Origin: Schizochytrium sp. TIO01
Lineage: Eukaryota > Protista > Bigyra: Labyrinthulomycetes
DNA length: 64,000 nucleotides
Reading direction: 5' to 3'
NCBI GenBank assembly: GCA_004764695.1
Contig: SMSO01000031.1
Span: 5,996,761-6,060,760, forward strand
Position numbers and translations under genes: made by a program. The notes beneath the pieces were generated by a model, which worked only from the letters and a program-made list of their open reading frames with translations, was not told the origin of the DNA and made no database searches. How positions within the stretch are numbered: position 1 is the stretch's first letter; every line of letters starts with the position of its first letter. Shown here piece after piece: positions 60,758-64,000 of the stretch.

Positions 60758-60860
60758 TCATTCATCGTTCGTTCTTTCATTCATTCATTCGTTCTTTCGT
60801 CATTCGTTCTTTCATTCATTCATTCATTCATTCATTCATTCATTCATTCATTCATTCATT
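60758..60860. repeat. (TTCA)n microsatellite
   Basis: Imperfect then perfect CATT run. Confidence 0.9.
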
Positions 60861-61396
60861 CTAATAACACTAGGTAAAACCTAATAGACAGTGCTAGATA
60901 ATAATTTAATTGGCTGTTGTTTACTTTCGTTATTCTTAGTCTCTGGAGATGTCAATCTTCAGTCGCATCGGCCTGAATGAGCTCTGCAATCAGGCGCGAC
61001 CTTCATCGCAAAACCAACTCTAATTTGTCACCACTGGAAATCGCCCATGACTCTAGTCCCTCTCATAACGCACTCCACAATGTCCACGATCCTAGCTTCT
61101 ATTTCAAGAGACTGTCTGTCTTCTTGATCGATCCATCAAAGCCCTTTGCATAGCTGTGGCTAGAACACTGCTATGTGTGCTTATGTGTGCCTAAGACAGC
61201 CGTAGTAGTTGGAGTCTTCATGAACCAAAGGAAAAGCTTGAGACACCGATTCTCGATCAAATCTACTCCAGCCGGCCTCGTGGGTAGGTTTGGCTGTTGA
61301 CCGACCGGGTAGCTGTCTGCTTCGCTTGCTGCGTGGCTGCAGCCCATATCAAGGTCGCCCGCGTTACCTGACCGTCAGTTTGCCAAGCCTGTCGCC

Positions 61397-64000
61397 ATGA
61401 CGGCGGAAATGCTGAGTGATGCGGCTTTGCCTCGTGCATTGGAGATGTACTGTGCGGCTGAGAGCTCTGATGATGACCGTCTGGAGGGGCTGAATGTGAT
61501 CCTCATTCCAGCTTCACCGCGGGGTCTCTGGAAGCCTCAACGATCTTATCGCCGGCCGCCTTCGGCCCTACCTCACTCACGAGGATGGCTACGTGCGGAT
61601 GCGCGGCACCAAGCTGCTCGCTCAAGTTATCCAGCGCCTGCCCGACCTGCGCCTCGACGCCCCTATTGTGGCCGCCCTTGTTCGTTTCCTTCTCGACCGC
61701 TACCAATCTGATTTTGACAGTGCTGGGCCTTGCTTAGCCACTCTGCGTGCACTCCTCGAGACACGTGAGGCGCAGTTCCCTTCGGGCCCGGTCCTTGGCG
61801 AGATGGTGCAGACGGTCCTCAGCGCTCACCACGTGCCATCTCTGTCACAGTCGCTTCGTCACAACATTTATCAGATCATGCAGCACCTCGTGGACCGCCA
61901 GCGCTTCTCGGAGGCGCTTCGGGAGCAGTTTGAGGGCGCGAGAGTAGTGGTGGCCTTTACGGAGGCTATGGAGGGTGAGAAGGACCCACGCTGCTTGCTC
62001 GTCTGCCTCCGCATAGTGGCAGCTCTGCTGAGAGAAGGCGCACTGAGCTTCGCCTCACCACAGGCTGAAATGGAGTCCGTACAACGTGCATTTGATGTCA
62101 CATGTGTGTACTTCCCCATCGTTTTTAGACCGCCAGCTAACGATCCGTTCAATATCAAGGCAGAAGACCTCTGGAATGCTCTTCATGCAGTGTTTACGTG
62201 TCACTTTGGCATGGCGGAGCACGTGCTAAGTATGCTTATGGATAAACTCAACCTGTCAGCGCCAGATGCAGCGTCGGCAAAGGTAGACTCTCTGCGAACT
62301 CTGCGCGTATGCATGGAGGCCTATGGTCCCGCAAATGTTGCGGACTTTCTGCCACCACTGCGAAGGATCCTCGTGCGGCTCGTTGTGGAGGCGGATGAGA
62401 CAACTATAGCGGAAGAGGCCGTCAACACTGTAGGATGTATCACCAAAATGGTCTCTAAGCTTGAGGAAACGAGAATTGCATCAGGCGTGACCGAAAAAGA
62501 GGAGGGAGCTACCCAAGCAGTTCAAGACAGCCCATGGAAGCTTTTTGTAACACCTACAGTCGAGGAGAGCGCAAATTCTGTAGGTCAAGTTGTAGACTCG
62601 ATGAGAGGACGTGCATCGGGAAGTCTCTTGGCTTGTATTGCTCAGTCTAGCGCACTCGGATTGAGGCTGGTGGTGGAGAAGGTCCTGCCGGTCCTGCGGA
62701 AGTGGTGTGTACGACCGGACGCGTCCGAGACGCAGCGAGCGGCTGCCTTTGACCTCATTTTACAACTCGTAAGAGGAATCGATAAGGAGGTGGACTACCA
62801 GCAGGAGTACAACCCTATGCAACCCGAGAGCATCGAGATGATTTATAACTTGGAGCTCGAGGAGCTTAAACGCATGCGCAGTTCTATGGACGTGGATGAC
62901 ATTGATGGACCGAACAGTGCGGAATCTGCCGCAGCTGCGCGCCGACTTGCCGTAAGGACACTCTGCGAACTTATTATTCGGCCACCATCCCCACTGCTCT
63001 CTGCAGAACAGGTGATAGCCGTTTTGGACACATGGACGACGCTCATTGTTGATGCTGGCAAGGCTGACCCAGAGGACCTTGGCAAAACTAGCTTGATTGC
63101 GCTTGTTCTAGCTGGAAATCAGCGCCAAGCTTGTGCTGAGATGATTGCCTCTCGCGTGCTTGGTTCTCTTGAGCAAGCCTCCCGTGTCGACGCATTGGCA
63201 GAGCTGTGTGCCATCCCTCAGGTTTTTGATGCTGCCCTCCCTCGTATGTTACGTTCCTCTGACCGTCCGTTTGCCGAGACGCTCACCGTCGTTGCTGGCA
63301 TTGTGGAGGCTAATAAGTCGTATGAGTCTGGAATGACAAAGTGTTGTCTGCCTTTGGACAGTGACGCCCTCGTACCTATGATTCTTTCTCGCCTGAACAA
63401 TGGAGATGATCTTGGACCAGGTGCTGTGAAGATCCTTCGCACGGTCACTCAAAATGTAGATGCCGATGTACAAGCTCAGCTTGCCGAACACGTGGCTAAG
63501 GCCTTTATTCTCGATGCAAATGCACCGCGCAACTTTACAGCTACTCTCCCTGCGGTGCTCGCTACGATTGGTTCGGTACGCCCGACTGTGGTTCGCACTC
63601 AACTTGATACTAGTATTGTTTCTATCCTCAAATCAGCTGCTGTTCAGGATGAGGGCTTGACCACTGTAGCTGCAAACGCAGCTAGCTTGTGCTTGGCTTC
63701 ATTATTGAACAAGTTTGATGACTCAAAGGATGATATCGTCGCAGCCGTTGCGCAGGACCTCCTTGCCGGCGCGCAAGAAGGCTCGCGTAAGCACCTTGCA
63801 GCTTTGACACCTGTAACCAAGGCGCTGGCTATGCGTGCACACCCGCTCGGTCAGTCTCTCACCGATGGTGTCATGGCAATTCTCTCAAGCACAGCTGAGT
63901 CCAACGAGCTTATCTTGGCGCTTGCCGCAAGACACTTTGGTGATATTATTGCTCCTGATGCAGAGGTACTCAACAAGACAAGTTTTGCCACCGAGCGTCT
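61397..64000 (+). CDS. MMS19: MMS19/MET18 cytosolic Fe-S assembly targeting factor; frame change near 61505; runs off the window end
   Basis: The frame opening after 61499 (not in the ORF track, which is expected if it has no stop before the window end; spot-checked) reads RPYLTHEDGYVR, MEGEKDPRCLL and FDVTCVYFPIVFRPPANDPFNI, which are MMS19 N-terminal signatures. The ATG-bearing segment from 61397 is in another frame. Confidence 0.9.

Noticed and set aside
25879-61511. A general class of 16-17 nt introns explaining all three frame breaks
   Set aside because: Each break can formally be rescued by a short GT..AG excision, but the donors (GTTT, GTGC, GTGA) share no consensus, whereas both clear introns use GTAAGT. 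Single-base indel errors are simpler.

Overview
This is eukaryotic nuclear DNA, not prokaryotic. Genes are intron-poor (two canonical GTAAGT...CAG introns found) and are separated by multi-kb, microsatellite-rich spacers. This architecture suggests a stramenopile protist such as a thraustochytrid (inference only). About 18 protein-coding genes are supported: an ACSF2-like acyl-CoA synthetase, an ankyrin-TKL kinase, a CaaX/RVxF protein, a large TPR protein, an HVA22/TB2-like protein, NAP1, YigZ/IMPACT, an EFM7-like methyltransferase, PIG-B, a NAK-family kinase, PET100, CDT1, a tandem C10-domain protein, SEC22, RNase H2A, an acidic membrane protein with Cys-rich lectin-like repeats, a 3'-truncated MMS19 and one weak hypothetical ORF. 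Three genes are broken by single-base frame changes, most likely assembly indels. The most notable signal is absent from the ORF track: a ~144-nt U4 snRNA-like gene on the minus strand (35413-35270). It keeps a kink-turn with a compensatory base change, but has substitutions in the U6-pairing arm, a non-consensus Sm site and Pol III-type signals (TATA at about -29, oligo-T ends, a perfect B-box ~130 nt downstream). All family assignments come from recalled motifs; no searches were run.
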